Positions 26,477-37,289 are shown, counted from the first letter of the stretch. The stretch: 64,000 bases of DNA from Candidatus Shapirobacteria bacterium GW2011_GWF2_37_20 (GCA_000989305.1 LBTB01000005.1:4409-68408), one strand, 5' to 3'. The notes: a model not told the origin generated them from the sequence alone. Numbers and translations are program-made.

Positions 26477-28417
26477 ATGTGGGAAAGAATTAAGAAAATA
26501 TTAGGATTAAAATCTGGAAACCGGAAAGCAGATTCTGGAAACGAAAAAAAAGACAATAAAGGGATACCCAAGGAAGTTTTGGATAAATTGCCACCAGGAG
26601 TGAAAATAAAAAAAATCGAAATTGGACCATCACAAATAATAAGAAGCGTGATTTATATGATTGTGTTTTACATGATTGCTTCGACTTTGTTGAGTTTTTT
26701 GGTGGGGGAGAATTTGGCAAAAGTGTCTTTGTCGGAAGTATTGGATTCTATTAAGAAAAATGAAGTAGAAGAGGTGACGGTAATGGACAATGAGGTGATC
26801 GCCAAATTAAAAGATAATTCTAAAATTTTAACGGCTTCAAAAGAAAGTAATGTGTCGATGTCTGACATACTACAAAAAGAAGGAATTGATATCAGTACAG
26901 TGAAGTTTACAGTTCAAAACAGAAGCGGATGGAAGGCTTTTGGAGATATTGTAACCTTATTGTTGTCAGTAGGGTTGCCAATTATTTTTATATTATGGTT
27001 TTTTGGAAGACAGAGCGGTGGGGGTGCCGGAGGGGGAATGTTTGGATTTGGAAAATCAACGGCAAAACTGTTTATAAAAGGGAAGCAAAACTTGTCTTTT
27101 AAAGATGTGGCGGGAGTAGAAGAGGCCAAAAAAGATCTGGAGGAAGTGGTAGATTTTTTGAAACATCCGGAAAAATACCGAAAGATGGGGGCGAGGGCTC
27201 CAAGAGGAGTGTTGCTGGTGGGACCAGCCGGAGTAGGAAAAACACTATTGGCAAAAGCAGTGGCAGGAGAGGCCAATGTGCCTTTTTATAGTATGGCCGG
27301 ATCTGAATTTATGGAAATGCTCGTCGGGGTCGGAGCAAGTAGGGTACGAGACCTATTTGGTACAGCGAAAAAAGCAGGGAAAGCAATTATTTTTATTGAT
27401 GAAATTGATGCAATTGGTCGAATGAGAGGGGGGATGGATGGGGGTCACGGCGAAAGAGAACAAACCTTGAATCAAATATTAGTAGAAATGGATGGTTTTG
27501 AAACAAATACAGCAGTGGTAGTATTGGCGGCCACGAATAGGGGCGACTTACTTGACCCAGCACTATTGAGACCGGGACGTTTTGACAGAAGGGTGATATT
27601 GGAAATGCCTGATCTTAAGGACAGAGAGGAAATAATTAAGATTCATGCTAAAGGAAAACCTTTTGTGAAAGATGTTAATTGGACAACAGTAGCCCGAAGA
27701 ACAGTTGGATTTTCTGGAGCTGATTTAGAAAACATGTTAAATGAAGCGGCAATAAAAGCGGCCAGAGAGAATAAAACAGCAGTGGAGATGGTTGATATTG
27801 AAGAAGCGGCACTTAAGGTTAAATTGGGGTCGGAAAAACGCCGAGACCAAACGGATGAAGATAAATTGATGACGGCTTACCACGAGGCGGGACACGCAAT
27901 CGTAAATTTTGCGGAGGACCTGGACCCGGTTCATCGGATTTCGATTGTTTCACGGGGAATGGCATTGGGTTTTACCCTTATTCCACCAAAGATGGATAGA
28001 GTTCACGAAACGAAATCAAGACTGATTAAACAAATGGCGATGGCGATGGGAGGGAGAGCGGCTGAGGCGTTGGTTTTTGACGATATTACTACCGGAGCCA
28101 GCAGTGATATTAGTCATATAACTAACATTGCCAGAAACATGGTAATTGAATGGGGAATGACGGAATTGGGACCAATACATTGGGGGCCACAAGTTGACAT
28201 TGAGGATTTTGGTAAAGCCTGGATGGAGCCGGCAAAAATTTCCGATGAAATGCAGGGAAAGGTAGATGAAGAAATTAAAAAATTAGTGAATACAGCTTTG
28301 GTGAGAGCCGAAACATTGCTGAAGAAAAACAGAAAGAAACTTGATGAATTAGCGAAACTCTTGGTGGAAAAGGAAAGTCTGGATGACAAGGAATTTGAAG
28401 AGTTTATGAAGAAGTAG
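26477..28417 (+). CDS. ftsH: ATP-dependent zinc metalloprotease FtsH
   Basis: Two N-terminal TM helices, AAA+ Walker A GPAGVGKTLLAKA, SRH region, and zinc-binding HEAGHAI. The ORF track starts at TTG 26468; an ATG is at 26477. Confidence 0.9.
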   Translation: MWERIKKILGLKSGNRKADSGNEKKDNKGIPKEVLDKLPPGVKIKKIEIGPSQIIRSVIYMIVFYMIASTLLSFLVGENLAKVSLSEVLDSIKKNEVEEVTVMDNEVIAKLKDNSKILTASKESNVSMSDILQKEGIDISTVKFTVQNRSGWKAFGDIVTLLLSVGLPIIFILWFFGRQSGGGAGGGMFGFGKSTAKLFIKGKQNLSFKDVAGVEEAKKDLEEVVDFLKHPEKYRKMGARAPRGVLLVGPAGVGKTLLAKAVAGEANVPFYSMAGSEFMEMLVGVGASRVRDLFGTAKKAGKAIIFIDEIDAIGRMRGGMDGGHGEREQTLNQILVEMDGFETNTAVVVLAATNRGDLLDPALLRPGRFDRRVILEMPDLKDREEIIKIHAKGKPFVKDVNWTTVARRTVGFSGADLENMLNEAAIKAARENKTAVEMVDIEEAALKVKLGSEKRRDQTDEDKLMTAYHEAGHAIVNFAEDLDPVHRISIVSRGMALGFTLIPPKMDRVHETKSRLIKQMAMAMGGRAAEALVFDDITTGASSDISHITNIARNMVIEWGMTELGPIHWGPQVDIEDFGKAWMEPAKISDEMQGKVDEEIKKLVNTALVRAETLLKKNRKKLDELAKLLVEKESLDDKEFEEFMKK

Positions 28418-28419
28418 GG

Positions 28420-30063
28420 TTAGGAGTTTTCTTCCAGTTCGATGATGCGTTGGAGAATTGCCAGGCTACCAAGATAGACGGGTTCGACACCGGCGAGATT
28501 GAGAGAACCGGCACCGAGGTTTTTAGCCTTAGAATAAGGGGTGTCGGAGGTGTAGTTGATGATACCAATATCAAAGGGGGTGGAATTGAGATCAACCATG
28601 GTGCCACGGGGAGTTTGTTGATCATAGGTGGCCTCGGTAATAGCGGAAAGATAGGGGCCATTTTCCATTTCGATAACGGTGAGATCGTTTTGGGAATATT
28701 TTTTTAGGAGGGGTTCATTTTCTAAAAAGGTACCAAAGACGGTAACAGATTTTTGGTTGGTGAGAATGGAACCCTGGGAGTTGTTAAAAGGGAAGGAGGT
28801 GTTGAAACAATTTTTGAAAAAGTAGGAATTTTGCGAATGTTCGTCAAAAACCAGACGAGGAATCTGGAGATCGCCAACTTCAGAATTAAGAACAGCGGCT
28901 TTACCTAAAATATAGACACCTTTGACGGCGGCAACATTTTCCAAAACCTTATTTAGGACATGATAAGCGGCAAAACCGAGAGGATAGTCGATGTTAAAAA
29001 TCAGAGCATCACTTTTGGCAATTTTACTGGGTTTGCTAATTTTCAGACGAGGGTCAAGATATTTTGATTTAGAAAAAGACTTGACGGGGAAAATTTGAGT
29101 GTTGACATCGAGATAGTGGGCGGAAGGAGTGGTTTGAATATTAAGATTGTCTTGAATTTTTTGCCAATCCTTTTGGTATTTTTTATCGCTGACAAAAAAT
29201 TTGGAGAGATAATAGAGAAGATCTTGGGGAGGGATATAAGGACAGAGGTCATTGCAATTTTCCGGGGCAATTTTAAGAAGTTTTTTTTCTGATTTGAGAG
29301 CAAAACCGGTAATGATGTTTAGAAGTGAATGAGAATTACTACTGACAAAATAGACGCGTTGACGGGAAAGATGAAAAGATTTTGAGACACTGAAGGAAAT
29401 ATTTTTCCACCAGTGCTGGGTGGTTTTGGTGTAGTCAATCCAGGAACCAGCCAAAAGACGGAGGCGGATGTTTTGGGGGCGGTGATACATTCTCTTTAAA
29501 CGAAGACGCCAATTTTTACCAAGAGCGATTTTAATTTTTTGCCAATCTTCAGCCGATAAGTTGACAACTTTTAGAAAGTCGGGAGAAGTTAGGGCTTTTT
29601 TAAACTGAGAATATTTGGGGTAGGTGGAAGTGGCGATTTGGTGGAATTTATTCCATTCGAGTTGGTAGGCAATCAGAAGATTAACAATGTCGTCAACATC
29701 GGTGACGGAACTGATGAAGGAGGCGGCAACACCGGTTTTTCGGTTTAAAAAACGGGTACGGCGACGGGCGGTAACGGCAAGTTTTGACCATTTAGTGACG
29801 TCAGGAAAACCGGCGTCAGAAAAAACCTGAGGATTTTGACCCATGACAACAATTTTGGTGATGTCGACAACTTTGGGTAGACGAAGAAGGGAGTAAACAA
29901 TGGCGGAGGGATCGAGACGGGTGGGGTCGCGGGCAAGGGGGTGTAAAATTGTGTCCATTTTTAGGTAAGAATTGGTGAGAGAATGAACGGTAACCTCAAG
30001 ATTGCTTTTGAGGGCAGAGCGATAAGTACGAATGTGGAGGTCAATAGAATCAATGGAGGACAT
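28420..30063 (-). CDS. Hypothetical protein with a C-terminal nucleoside phosphorylase/MTA-nucleosidase-like (PNP_UDP_1-like) domain
   Basis: The C-terminal about 230 aa contains GKAAVLNSEVGDLQIP and TVIEMENGPYLSAI, which resemble the MtnN-type motifs G.AG.L...GD and vEMEs.A.A. The N-terminal about 300 aa is unrecognised. Confidence 0.35.
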   Translation of the reverse strand: MSSIDSIDLHIRTYRSALKSNLEVTVHSLTNSYLKMDTILHPLARDPTRLDPSAIVYSLLRLPKVVDITKIVVMGQNPQVFSDAGFPDVTKWSKLAVTARRRTRFLNRKTGVAASFISSVTDVDDIVNLLIAYQLEWNKFHQIATSTYPKYSQFKKALTSPDFLKVVNLSAEDWQKIKIALGKNWRLRLKRMYHRPQNIRLRLLAGSWIDYTKTTQHWWKNISFSVSKSFHLSRQRVYFVSSNSHSLLNIITGFALKSEKKLLKIAPENCNDLCPYIPPQDLLYYLSKFFVSDKKYQKDWQKIQDNLNIQTTPSAHYLDVNTQIFPVKSFSKSKYLDPRLKISKPSKIAKSDALIFNIDYPLGFAAYHVLNKVLENVAAVKGVYILGKAAVLNSEVGDLQIPRLVFDEHSQNSYFFKNCFNTSFPFNNSQGSILTNQKSVTVFGTFLENEPLLKKYSQNDLTVIEMENGPYLSAITEATYDQQTPRGTMVDLNSTPFDIGIINYTSDTPYSKAKNLGAGSLNLAGVEPVYLGSLAILQRIIELEENS

Positions 30064-30118
30064 TAGAACATTATAAACATTATTAGAAAAGATGACGGGG
30101 GTAGATGATATAATTTAG

Positions 30119-32743
30119 TTGAATATGGAAAACTTAGGTAGTCCCCAAGAAAAAGCGGCAAGAAGGCCGGAAATTAATAGGGTGAAGGAGTTAATAAAAG
30201 TAGCAAATAGTGTCAGGCAAAATGAAGATCCGGACCGTCCTGTCATGGATGCGGGATATAAAGACGTGGTTAGGAGTTTTGGTTTACAGGGAGTAGAGAC
30301 GGTTGATGATTTGTTTAATAGGACAGATGCACCAAATTATAACCCGGGCAAAGCAAGGGAAGCATTAAATGTGATGGCAACGGCGGTTTACGAGACGATG
30401 AAGGAAGAGGGAAAAGGAAAACTGGTAGTAGCGGGAACATCTTCGGTTGAAAAATATTTACCAAGTGAGTTCGTGGGCAGAGATAAGGGTGATCCTGAAG
30501 GAAGCCGTTTTGCTTCGATGGTGGTACAAAATTTTATTGATAAATTCGGAACGGAAGAAAAGAGAATTGAAGTTTCAAACACTTTAGAATATCTAGATTA
30601 CATAAAAAATAGCGGATACAACAGGGGAACATTTTTAGCAGAACAAGCTGATGAGACGTATGCAAATTTAAAAAAGATTAGGCCAAATGTAATGGATAAA
30701 GAAGAAATGGAGGCCTATGTAAAGGCAATTGATTATGTGTCTGGATTAAAAACCAAGAATGTGGTGGCTGAATCTCCAAAGAATAAAACCGGCGAAAGCG
30801 TTGAAGATCCAAAGAAAAAAATCGGGGAAAAAGCGAGACAGAGTGTTGAAGATATTATAAACGAGAAATTAGAAAAACATCCTTTAGCGTTTGATAAATC
30901 CGAAATGCCGTCGGACTCTGACACAGAAGAGGAAAGAGAAGAAAAGTTGAGAAGAAGAGAGTTAAAAATAGAAAAAAGAGGGGAGGGAGTGGCAAGGGTA
31001 TTAAACCAGTTTGATATGAGGGGAAGGGGCGAAAGATCAGAGCTGGAAATAATGGGACCTGTTAGTGTTGATGAAATAAGACATACATTAAAAGAGATGG
31101 AAGATAGCGGTAGAGATGTTAGCGATCTGACTTTGAATTCTCGTAAGTTTGGGAAATTGATAGACATAACAAATGACATAAACGATAAAATTAAGGCGAT
31201 TGAAGAGGGCGATGCAGAAAAAATTGAGAAATCAATTGTGGTGTTGGGGAAAAATGGTCAAGTGTTGAATAAGGCTGAAATGATGGAATTACGAACAGAA
31301 ATAAAAATGAGGAGTTTTTTGAATGATTTTTTTCTAGCGACGTCTGATGCCCACGATATTGAAAGTATAGCAAAGACAATGATTGCCTTTCACAAAGGTG
31401 ATACAGATAAAGACTGGGACAAAATGTTTATAAGTTTTTTCCTGAAAAACACTGAGAAGAAAGATGGTGATGGTAAGCTGAAAGAGCTTGGTTCGGCAAA
31501 TGGTTTGTTTGTTGATGTGGCGTGGGATTTGAGACAGGATGCATATTTTAATTATGGTGGTGAAAACGTTAATAAAGATGTTGAAAGCGGTATATTAAAT
31601 GAAATTGTCAAGCGAGAAGATCTTATGCGTGAATACGCAAGAACAAAAGGGAAGGAGCTTGATTTTAATAGTCCAAAAGATGAGGCTAGGACTAGCTTTC
31701 TTAAAGTTTCATTGTTGATGGGTAAAAGTAAGGAATATAAAATTGACAAAAATTATTATACGAATTTGAGAAACGACTTAAACCTAGAAAGGAAAGAGAT
31801 TGTAAAGAAGTATATGATCGAGGAGATTGTAAAAAAGGTTGAGGCTAAGAATCCTGATTTAAGAGGTATTTATACAAAAGAGGAGGCAGAGAGGGCATAT
31901 GAGTTGGCGAGAAAACTATCGGTAGCAACATATACAGACTCTGCCGCAAACATAGCATTTGCAGACGGAGATGATTATAGTGAACTAATTTTATTCAAAG
32001 CGTTGAGATATCAAGACGGGGTGGAGGTGGTAGTAGAAGTTGATGACAAGGGTGTGAAGCATAGAAAGCCAGCCAAAAATAAACCCGTTGGATCAACTGA
32101 GACAATAAAATATATCGAGTCGCTGACGTCGCCATGGTTAGCTACGTTTGCAAAGGTCGATGCGGATAGGGGGGCTTGGAAGGTTTTAAGGGCGGAGGAT
32201 ATTGATATTAATAAAATTAATCCAAAGTCTGAGTCGACTTATCATTTTGGATCAATAATATTGAAGAAGGTCCAAGAGGCTAAGTTGATATTGATGTCAG
32301 GAGCTTCTGCAAAGGATGTTATGGATCCTGATAAAACTCAAAAAGTTTTTGAAAGATTATCAAAAGTTGTGGCGGAGGCAGACAAAGCTGGCTGGAACGT
32401 ATTTAATCCGGAGTACTTTAAGTTACCACCAGTTGACAAAGACCATGATAGGCTAATTGAGGATTTGGTTAGAGCTCAACGATTTATGAGATTTGTTTAT
32501 GTTATGGGTTTGTTGGAGAGGGCGACAAAAACATCTTTGTACGGATGGACCAGAACGACATATGACGAATATGTAAAATTACTTATGGATAGCGGAATGT
32601 TTACTGACGTGAATGGTGGACAAAACGAAAAGTTTATTTCAGAAAAGCAACTTGATTGGATAAATGGTGCTTATCGTCCAAGACAAATATTTGATTTGTT
32701 TGAAAGTCGGGAAAGAGCGAAGAAAAGAAAATATTTTAGGTAA
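30119..32743 (+). CDS. Large hypothetical cytoplasmic protein (874 aa, E/K-rich)
   Basis: Long ORF with no TM helix and no recognisable catalytic motif. Confidence 0.4.
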   Translation: MNMENLGSPQEKAARRPEINRVKELIKVANSVRQNEDPDRPVMDAGYKDVVRSFGLQGVETVDDLFNRTDAPNYNPGKAREALNVMATAVYETMKEEGKGKLVVAGTSSVEKYLPSEFVGRDKGDPEGSRFASMVVQNFIDKFGTEEKRIEVSNTLEYLDYIKNSGYNRGTFLAEQADETYANLKKIRPNVMDKEEMEAYVKAIDYVSGLKTKNVVAESPKNKTGESVEDPKKKIGEKARQSVEDIINEKLEKHPLAFDKSEMPSDSDTEEEREEKLRRRELKIEKRGEGVARVLNQFDMRGRGERSELEIMGPVSVDEIRHTLKEMEDSGRDVSDLTLNSRKFGKLIDITNDINDKIKAIEEGDAEKIEKSIVVLGKNGQVLNKAEMMELRTEIKMRSFLNDFFLATSDAHDIESIAKTMIAFHKGDTDKDWDKMFISFFLKNTEKKDGDGKLKELGSANGLFVDVAWDLRQDAYFNYGGENVNKDVESGILNEIVKREDLMREYARTKGKELDFNSPKDEARTSFLKVSLLMGKSKEYKIDKNYYTNLRNDLNLERKEIVKKYMIEEIVKKVEAKNPDLRGIYTKEEAERAYELARKLSVATYTDSAANIAFADGDDYSELILFKALRYQDGVEVVVEVDDKGVKHRKPAKNKPVGSTETIKYIESLTSPWLATFAKVDADRGAWKVLRAEDIDINKINPKSESTYHFGSIILKKVQEAKLILMSGASAKDVMDPDKTQKVFERLSKVVAEADKAGWNVFNPEYFKLPPVDKDHDRLIEDLVRAQRFMRFVYVMGLLERATKTSLYGWTRTTYDEYVKLLMDSGMFTDVNGGQNEKFISEKQLDWINGAYRPRQIFDLFESRERAKKRKYFR

Positions 32744-32881
32744 GGCGTTGATCTATTCAGTTGGTGGTGGGTTATTATTACGAAAAATTTCCCCTCGAAG
32801 TCTGTTGTTTTCGATTTTTTGTTTAACAGTATTATTTTGGTTTAAATTAGTCATTTTGTTTATAAGTTTTTATTTACATAT

Positions 32882-34555
32882 CTAGTCCAAATCACCAACA
32901 TCTGGATTTTTTACTTGGAAATCTTTACCCTTTTGGTCTTGTCGTTTTTTCCTCCAGGAATCAAATGGCATAAAGACTTTCTTATCAACATAATCAGTGG
33001 TTTTATCGCTAATTTCTTCGCGAATTCCACCTGTTACGCTTGATGCAACAGCGCCGCCTAGACTTGTTGCCATGTTCTTACTAAGACCTTCACCAATAGC
33101 CTGGCCCCAAGGAGAGGGCTTAATCATAAAGATAAATTGAGGCACCATTTCAGGAAGCTTGCTGATGAGAGCGAGGCCAGCCAAACCAATGGCGGCACCG
33201 ATAATGGAGGGGGAAATACCGCCAGCACTGAGAAGTGATGGGGTCCAAACTGCGGGTTGAAAAAGACCACCGGTAGAACCGACATTAGAAACAGAAACAG
33301 CATCGATAATCATATTCAGAAGAACTAAAAATATTCCAACTACAGGGAAAACAGCCATGTTGGCGGCAACATCAAGAATCCAGGAGGAAAAACCTATTTT
33401 TGCATTAGGAAAAGCACCCATGCCAATCTCGAGCGGAGCTAGAACAATTTTGAAAATGAGAGTGACGTAACACTTGAGAAGACCAAAATAGAGTTTGATC
33501 AACCAAATGGCGACGATAATACAAAGAACAATGGGAACTAAGAGACCACCAATAAGACCACCGGCGGCACCGCCAACCACACGACCAACCATGTCACCAA
33601 CAAAATTAGCTCCGGTTCCAAATATGGCACCAACACCACCGAGAAGGAAACCGAGAACAATGCTACCCAAAAGACCGCCAAGCATAACAAGTGAAAGCCA
33701 ACCGGGGACAGCCCGATAGGTTAACATTTGCATGTCGCGGAGAGTAGGGTTGCTGAGGCTTGAAAATTTAAAGTTTTCAGGGGTAAAAATAGCACCAATT
33801 CCATTAAGAATGTCGCTGACAATCGGAAAGCCAGAACCCCACCAACCGGGGAAGAGACTATCAGTAAGAGGTACACCTTTGACGGAAAAGAGAAGGGCGA
33901 CGACGAGAGCCTGGATGAAATTGAACAAATCGATAACCAGACCAGCGATAGCGTAGGAAAAGGTGACTAAAATGAGAGTGGTTATCAATTGGGGGATGGC
34001 ACTTTGAACGGTGACGACGGCCTGGGGACTAATTTTGACCCGAAGCATAATCATAATGCCAATGGCTATAAAAATTATTGAGGTAAGGACATAGACGGCA
34101 TTTCTGAAACCGCGCCAAAGAGGCAATAAAAACTGAAGGCCGTTAAAACCAACACCTTGGGCATAGGCGGGTTTACCTAAAAAAGAATCCCTAACTTGGG
34201 CAATATATTCAACGCCGGAAGCGGGAGGAGTATTGAGAGCGGCGACCATATTGTTCATAGTGCCAAAGGCCCCACCGGGAATATAGTTTTGAATAACGTT
34301 GGTAGTAGGAGTACTGGATTCAAAAATTTCAGCAGGAATTTCACCAACCATACCAGTAAAAAGAGACATCATGTTACTACTCATGGCTTCATTAGTCCAA
34401 GATTCCAGGCCGCTACCATTTTTAATAGCGGACTGTTTTTGAAGAAAGAGATTGGGTTGGGATTGGGCAAAGGCAGGAGAGACAAAGAAAGACCCGCTTA
34501 GACCAAAGGTTACAGCAAGGAAAAGTAAAAAACCAAATAAAGATCGGCTGGACAT
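32882..34555 (-). CDS. Signal-peptide-bearing polytopic (about 8 TM) Gly-rich membrane protein; possible VirB6/TrbL-like channel component
   Basis: Signal peptide ...FFVSPAFAQS, an about 120-aa extracytoplasmic region, then about 8 hydrophobic helices. It lies just downstream of the pilin-like array on the same strand. Confidence 0.35.
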   Translation of the reverse strand: MSSRSLFGFLLFLAVTFGLSGSFFVSPAFAQSQPNLFLQKQSAIKNGSGLESWTNEAMSSNMMSLFTGMVGEIPAEIFESSTPTTNVIQNYIPGGAFGTMNNMVAALNTPPASGVEYIAQVRDSFLGKPAYAQGVGFNGLQFLLPLWRGFRNAVYVLTSIIFIAIGIMIMLRVKISPQAVVTVQSAIPQLITTLILVTFSYAIAGLVIDLFNFIQALVVALLFSVKGVPLTDSLFPGWWGSGFPIVSDILNGIGAIFTPENFKFSSLSNPTLRDMQMLTYRAVPGWLSLVMLGGLLGSIVLGFLLGGVGAIFGTGANFVGDMVGRVVGGAAGGLIGGLLVPIVLCIIVAIWLIKLYFGLLKCYVTLIFKIVLAPLEIGMGAFPNAKIGFSSWILDVAANMAVFPVVGIFLVLLNMIIDAVSVSNVGSTGGLFQPAVWTPSLLSAGGISPSIIGAAIGLAGLALISKLPEMVPQFIFMIKPSPWGQAIGEGLSKNMATSLGGAVASSVTGGIREEISDKTTDYVDKKVFMPFDSWRKKRQDQKGKDFQVKNPDVGDLD

Positions 34556-34593
34556 TGAGTTATTTTAGCAAAAAAACAGGTAATGTTTTCATA

Positions 34594-36015
34594 TTAAAAC
34601 CAGGATGCGGGACGAAGTAATGATTGCATTTCCTTATAGAGGGCATCAGCTCGGTAGCCAGGGTCGGGGATAGGATTATTTTGATTAGTGGTAGTGGTGC
34701 TGGAAAAAGACTTATCCAAGAGATTGTTGTTTTTGAGAGTGGAGGCAGGAATCATGTTGGAATAAGCCATTTCGGCAACCTTGGTATTATCAACTACTTT
34801 GGCGTCGTAGGTACTGGAAACTTTGATATCAACACTTTTTTCAAGAGAATTACCGGCGGTGACACGTTGAAAAAAAGCGGCAATAAGAGCGATGCTGGAA
34901 TCAACGGGTTGGTCGCGAGCAATTTCGGAATTTTTTTCAACATTGTCACAAAGAGAGGGGTTGGATAGAGTTTTTTGGCCAGCATAATTGATAAAGCCAA
35001 GATTTTGGTTGGCATTGGCGGCGGCGGCGGCAGGGAGAGTCCGGTCGAAGGAGGTTGGGACGGGACAGGCAGGATTGCCGTTGGCGTCGGTACAATTATA
35101 GTTAACAACAGTGACCTTGCTATTGACGTTGCCCTTGGGAATGTAGTTTAACTGAGAGTACATTAATTCATAGAGATCTTTAGTCAGAGGTGAAAATGAT
35201 TTTCCCTTAGAACGAGTGGAATAACAGCCGTAGGGGCCGGAACAGTTACCACCATAATGGCTTTGGACGTTGCTTAAGACATTTGAAGGAAAGGTGACGG
35301 GAGAGGCAGCGGGGGAAGAATAGTAGATGGGTTCGTCTTTGAGACCAAAAAGAAGCTCGCTGATATAAACTGGACGACAAGAATTACCGGTTGATTGATT
35401 GGTGAGTTCCTGGCAGGTGCCACCACAAGACCAGGCGATTTGATAATCCTGAACAACGGTGTCGATGGGGTTGGCTTGGTCGAGAGATTGGGCAATTTCG
35501 AGTAAAAATTGGCTACGATAATAAAGGAGCTGGGAATAAGGGGTGGTTCGAAGGGAGGCACTAGTGCCGTCGGTGTCAAAATTGGTGAAGGCGGCTTTGG
35601 CCCTGTCGGGGGTGCACTTGATACCACCACGAGCAAAGAATGTTTGATAATTGCGATAAAAATCGTTACTGAGATTTTCGACATCCATTTCGCCAGTGAT
35701 AGGACCCTGCGCCGTGTAATCAACATATTCAAAAATTGGATTACCGTTGGCGTCAGTGGTGCCAGTATCCTGTTGAACGGGTTCCCAGGACTTGGAAATT
35801 GTGGCAACACCTTCACAGGTGATGATATTGTCTTCTAAGGTGTTGGAGTAGGTGTCGTTGCTGGGAACTTCCGGAGCCAAAGCAGGTCCAGGAACAGAAC
35901 GGGTGCTGGGTTGCATTTGAATAGGGGGGAAAAGGAAGTCAATGAGATTAAAGGCTTTTGCCGGAGCCGTTGAAAAAAAGAAAAAAATAGCGATGAGGGC
36001 AGAGACTTTTTTCAA
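34594..36015 (-). CDS. Secreted hypothetical protein (473 aa, Cys-containing)
   Basis: N-terminal signal peptide MKKVSALIAIFFFFSTAPAKA with no further TM helix. Confidence 0.4.
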   Translation of the reverse strand: MKKVSALIAIFFFFSTAPAKAFNLIDFLFPPIQMQPSTRSVPGPALAPEVPSNDTYSNTLEDNIITCEGVATISKSWEPVQQDTGTTDANGNPIFEYVDYTAQGPITGEMDVENLSNDFYRNYQTFFARGGIKCTPDRAKAAFTNFDTDGTSASLRTTPYSQLLYYRSQFLLEIAQSLDQANPIDTVVQDYQIAWSCGGTCQELTNQSTGNSCRPVYISELLFGLKDEPIYYSSPAASPVTFPSNVLSNVQSHYGGNCSGPYGCYSTRSKGKSFSPLTKDLYELMYSQLNYIPKGNVNSKVTVVNYNCTDANGNPACPVPTSFDRTLPAAAAANANQNLGFINYAGQKTLSNPSLCDNVEKNSEIARDQPVDSSIALIAAFFQRVTAGNSLEKSVDIKVSSTYDAKVVDNTKVAEMAYSNMIPASTLKNNNLLDKSFSSTTTTNQNNPIPDPGYRADALYKEMQSLLRPASWF

Positions 36016-36018
36016 GAT

Positions 36019-36450
36019 TTAGCCGGGAATGATAAATTGAGTAATGTTGACGCCGGTGAATTGTTGAATAAAGCTTAAGATTAACCAGGAAGCGATTATG
36101 CCGATAAGTCCAATAAAAGCCATGGTTAGGGTTGAAGAGGCGGTGGCAACAGCCTTTTGTTCACCGCTACTGAGAAGGTATTTAAAGCCGCCACTAATAA
36201 ACATAAAGAGAAAAGCTAAACCGGCAAGTAAAACAATTACCTGGAGAACATTGAAGAAGAGACATTCAAAACCTTGGATGGTGGCAATGTCATTGTAGGT
36301 AACATTACCCAGGCCATTGGGGTTAACAGTAACGCTTTTGACACAGCGACCGGTGGTAGTCCAAGATTGAGGACTTTGGGCAAAAGCAGGAGAAACAAGA
36401 AACAAGAGATTGGAAACTAGAAAGAAGAAGAAAAAGAACATGGTTTTCAT
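36019..36450 (-). CDS. Small 2-TM pilin-like protein, paralog 1 (T4SS pilin/VirB2-TrbC-like candidate)
   Basis: Signal peptide ...LVSPAFAQS, a Cys pair in the mature N-terminus, then TM1 ending in ISGGFKYLLSSGEQKAVATA and TM2 FIGLIGIIASWLIL. Confidence 0.5.
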   Translation of the reverse strand: MKTMFFFFFFLVSNLLFLVSPAFAQSPQSWTTTGRCVKSVTVNPNGLGNVTYNDIATIQGFECLFFNVLQVIVLLAGLAFLFMFISGGFKYLLSSGEQKAVATASSTLTMAFIGLIGIIASWLILSFIQQFTGVNITQFIIPG

Positions 36451-36524
36451 GGGTTAATTATAGCAAGAAAAACCCGGTCATTATGTCCATTGGGCACGCT
36501 GACCGGGTTGAAGTTTAATAAAAA

Positions 36525-36905
36525 TTATTTATTAAAGGTTGGAATGGTGATCCCGCTAAGAAGACTGATGCCAAAGATGGTTTCGATCAGCTTCATGATG
36601 GCGAAGGTGGCGAAAACGATAGCCAAACCAATTAAGGCATTGGTAATTTGATTGCGGGCAGTCTCGACATTTTTTTGGTCACCACCAGACATAACCCATT
36701 TTAAACCGCCCATGATAAGGATAAAAAAGAAAACTAAGGCGACAACAAGAAGAGCTAGAGAGATGGCTCCAGAGACGATACCGGAAGCGGTAATGCTGGT
36801 AAGAGGCTTAAAATCGCTGGTACCAGGAGTGAGTTCGATGGTGGCGGCATAAGCGGGAACGGCCAAGATAGCGTATTGAAGTTTGTTTTTGATTGAGGAG
36901 ATCAT
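36525..36905 (-). CDS. Small 2-TM pilin-like protein, paralog 2
   Basis: Signal peptide AILAVPAYAAT. Core motif IMGGLKWVMSGGDQKNVETARNQITNALIGLAIVF. Confidence 0.5.
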   Translation of the reverse strand: MISSIKNKLQYAILAVPAYAATIELTPGTSDFKPLTSITASGIVSGAISLALLVVALVFFFILIMGGLKWVMSGGDQKNVETARNQITNALIGLAIVFATFAIMKLIETIFGISLLSGITIPTFNK

Positions 36906-36958
36906 ATTTTTAAAATTAATAAATTTATTAATGAATTTTAACAGTAAGATAAGTTTTT

Positions 36959-37282
36959 TTAAAGGGTGGGCCAGGTTATTTGTAAGTTTTCGAGTCCGGT
37001 AACACCAAGCACAGTGCCAACAAGCTTGAGAACAGCGAAGACGCCGAAAATGACAACTATACCGATAAGGGCAAAGGTAATTTGGTCTTTGGCAACAGTT
37101 AATTTTTTAGGATCACCTTCGGTGCTAATTAAATGATAGCCGGCCATAATGAAATGCCAAATGAAGTAGACAGAGGCAACGAGAAAAAAGATGGAAAAAA
37201 CAGTTTGAATGACGTTGTTGGTGTAGGTGGTGGGGTCTTCAACTTGCTGAAGACCATTTTTTAAGAGGGGATTGAAAATCAT
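36959..37282 (-). CDS. Small 2-TM pilin-like protein, paralog 3 (start trimmed to the internal ATG)
   Basis: The ORF-track start at 37408 would overlap the upstream paralog by 119 nt. The ATG at 37282 (MIFNPLL) removes the overlap. Core motif IMAGYHLISTEGDPKKLTVAKDQITFALIGIVVIF. Confidence 0.45.
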   Translation of the reverse strand: MIFNPLLKNGLQQVEDPTTYTNNVIQTVFSIFFLVASVYFIWHFIMAGYHLISTEGDPKKLTVAKDQITFALIGIVVIFGVFAVLKLVGTVLGVTGLENLQITWPTL

Positions 37283-37289
37283 ATATTTT

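Noticed and set aside
33495-33956. Pro/Arg-rich + strand ORFs antisense to the 32882..34555 membrane protein
   Set aside because: They are antisense translations of Gly/Ala-rich codons and are not credible genes.
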